From the human T2T-CHM13v2.0 reference genome, Homo sapiens, in the NCBI RefSeq assembly GCF_009914755.1, contig NC_060946.1: a stretch of 64,000 nt of DNA; one strand, given 5' to 3'. Each line of letters starts with the position of its first letter. Within the stretch, counting starts at the first letter, position 1. Positions 60,110 through 64,000 of this stretch are shown here, one piece after another. The position numbers and the translations under genes are program-made. The notes under the pieces are model-generated. The model saw nothing but the letters and a program-made list of their open reading frames with translations, ran no database searches and was not told where the DNA came from.

Positions 60110-62170
60110 CCCACCACAGCACACACATATCTGTCCAAACAGGTTCTTCATACCAGCTCTTCCAAAATTCCCATGATCCTCTCTTTTCCAAGAGGAATCT
60201 TCGAAAAGAAGGTTAATGAGACCAAGTCTAGCCCATGCTATAGCAGTTGGTCTCAGAACTGCCTTTGAATGCCCAGTTGTGTGAGAGGGAGAGAAAGAGA
60301 GAGAGAGAGCATGGGAGTGGGGAGTGTGTGTGTGCGTGAGTGTGTGTGTGTGTGTGAGAGAGAGAAATTATCTCTGCTTCTTTTGTAGAAAAGTAGCCCT
60401 ACCTCCTCCTGCTAATCAGGGTGTATTCATCCTGCCCCAGTGGTAATGTATTTCTTGTCTTTTGGTTACTGGACCTAAGGAATCTAAAGCACCCAACAGA
60501 TAACCTTCTTTAGAGAGCAGGACTTGCCTGCCTTCCAGATCCCAGAGCTGCAGTGATGAGAAGCACAGGAAAACCTGAGAAGATTATTGGGAGCATTTGT
60601 AATTAGGGACATTCCTGTTTCTACCTCTTGTTTTCTGAACCTGTAGATTCTTCCTATGGGAGAAGAACTACTATATAAAGATCTGTGATTGAATATGTAT
60701 AAAAGATGGTGCCCCCTGCATTCAGAATGTCTTCTTTAGCATAGTGCCTCAGTTGCATCTTTAGAATATTTCTCCAGGGCTCCATGAGTCTAGCTGCTTC
60801 TTGAAGAGTGTATGTAATACAAATAGTAGATTACATGGTCATGGACCCACTTCTGCCCATCCTTTGCTGTGAACAAGGAACCCTGGTCAGATGCTATACC
60901 ATGTGGGATTTTATGCCTGTGGATCAGGAATTCTGGAAACCTCAGAAAAGTGGTCCTGGCTCAGGCTCTGTGAACAGAATTGCCAAACCCAGCCCTGGAA
61001 TAAGGATATATCCCTCTGAGGATGAAAAGGTGGTCATTCAAGGTCAAAAGACTTGCCATATAAGAGTCTCATTATTGATTTATGCTGTTGAAAAGTAGGA
61101 CAGTCAGAGGCAGCAGTAGTTAGATCAACCTTGATACATGGAAGTCCAGGCTGTGGGGCCCATATGTATTGTCCATCTCTGCCAACATGGTCATATGAGT
61201 GACTGCATATGTGTGACTGTTGTGCTTGTTGTGGGAAAGCCAATCTCCAAGGCTGGCAGCTTTTCAAGTCATTTTGTCTGATTGGTAATTGAGTGCCTCT
61301 TCTGTGGTGAGTGCTTTCTTGTGAGTGTTAACGTGCAATACAAGATTCTTTACACTCCGTGCCTGCTCCTGCATGTCCACTCATATGCTTCTAACCCAGC
61401 TTCCTTGTCTCAGATATTTCAGTTCTTTTCTATCTAAGCCTCTGAACAGATGATTCACCCACTGACTATGGCAAAGAAATCTGTTTATATTCCTGCCTTA
61501 GGCCATGTTTCTTCTATGTAAAGTATATGGCCAGGGCCACTGCTCCCAGTGCTGCTAATGGGGAATGTTTTAATTTCCTTCTGTCTTTCAGATTCATTCT
61601 TGCATTGGGCTGCAACGCAACTACACCTTTAAACAGAGATTGCCCCTTTCTTCCTCCTTCAGATGGCCACAGGGACACAAATGCAGTCACAGGTGTGAGC
61701 TGAAGGAAGGTTGCTGGTGCAAACATGATGGGTGACATGAGGATCTGGGTTACATGCTATTCAACTTATCCACTTGCTCTTATCTTGCTTGGCCTTTGTC
61801 TCATATTTACTATTTCCACCTCATGATGAACTACTTCTTTTCCCTTCTGGTGTCATGACTTGGTGGTCCCAATAGAACTCAGCCTGCAAGAGGTAGTGCC
61901 AGAAGCATGGTAACTTATCAAGCACAGCATCTCTCCTAGGTCCAACATATAATTCTCTGCTATGAAGGGCATGGCTTTGTTTCAGAATCCCAGGAGCTGG
62001 TGTTGTAATTCTTTCACTGAGAATTGCCATGTGTGCCACACTGCGACCACCATTGACACCTGCAAGAATACAGGTCCTGCAAGATCATATGACCCAAGCT
62101 GCAGGGCTCTTCACAATGCAGCCTGGACATGCTGTGGAGCCCTGTCCTGCCCTGCACTCTTCAAACCCTG
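60110..62170 (-). mobile_element. Decayed ERVL-type internal sequence (pol/integrase remnant)
   Basis: ORF 61034-61267 (-) HSYDHVGRDGQYIWAPQPGLPCIKVDLTTAASDCPTFQQ resembles the HERV-L integrase N-terminal HHCC region. Surrounding frames are broken. Confidence 0.75.
60283..60365. repeat. Compound (GA)n/(GT)n microsatellite
   Basis: Direct observation. Confidence 0.85.
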
Positions 62171-62339
62171 TGGTCTTCCTATCTCCCTGACTTGTCTTGT
62201 GGCTTACTTGTGTTATGTTGCTTAGGGTTTCTTGAGTTTTATGAGTTTGTATTTTTATAACTGTATAGATATAGATGGATAAATATAGATATGGTCAGAG
62301 AGGAAGATTAAGAGAGAAAGACAAAGAATTTAAAAAAAA

Positions 62340-63440
<1,101 letters not shown>

Positions 63441-64000
63441 TTATTAGATTCTAAAATATTAATTTGCTTCCATCCATTATATTTATTCACAAATTCTACA
63501 ATAGTATGTTTTAGAAGACCGTAATAGACACAGTAACTGGCATATTCATAAAGGAAATTTCCTTATGTAGGATAGTTTTTAGGGGAAATGCCTGAAACAA
63601 AAAAATCTACATCTGCTTGTCATAATTCGCTGCACAAAAGATCTAAATGTGTAACTGGCAATCAGCTTTAGCTTTCATTATCTTTCATAGCAGCATGGAT
63701 CAATTATGTTTACCCAGTTGGCTATCTCTCCATGCTAAACTCATATTGCATACATGCCTCTGAAATTCCAGTCATGTATAGTCTGTAATTTATACCTATA
63801 TTACACAATTTGTATACTTTTCCACTTTAAAGGGGGGATTTATACCTGCAAAGGGACTTGACCTACAACTATCATCCAATTCTGTTCCAAATTTTGGATA
63901 CTATGACTCTATTCTGGGAAATTATTCAATAGTTTTGTTTCATTTGACTCTTCCTACAGACATAATGTGCTGAAGTAAACCTGTTTTTTATGTTTGGAAA

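Noticed and set aside
61034-61267. Domesticated integrase gene
   Set aside because: Only 77 aa, the second Cys of the HHCC motif is lost (CPTF) and flanking frames are disrupted.

Overview
Primate (human-like) pericentromeric DNA with no credible protein-coding gene. Bases 1-45,559 are one uniformly oriented array of ~171-bp alpha satellite, divisible into four sequence layers. Layer 1 (1-~7.65 kb) mixes A- and B-type monomers and holds 3 intact and ~15-20 decayed CENP-B boxes. Layer 2 (~7.65-11.9 kb) is box-less with relic multimer periodicity. Layer 3 (~11.9-28.4 kb) is a box-less 342-bp dimer. Layer 4 (~28.4-45.56 kb) is monomeric and carries two 5'-inverted (twin-primed) L1PA insertions. 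The array ends on ~2.3 units of a 48-bp CER-type satellite. Repeat-rich non-satellite DNA follows: an MLT1 solo LTR, MER5, MIR, L2, a 2.5-kb L1PA, 11 Alus, an ERVL-class provirus remnant and old L1M pieces. The ORF track consists of satellite, L1, Alu or ERV translations and unsupported short frames. I found no novel gene system. The most unusual observation is that two separately inserted L1 copies ~22.7 kb apart share at least 5 apparently non-consensus substitutions, suggesting a common donor or lineage. Subfamily names come from recalled consensus sequences, not a database search.
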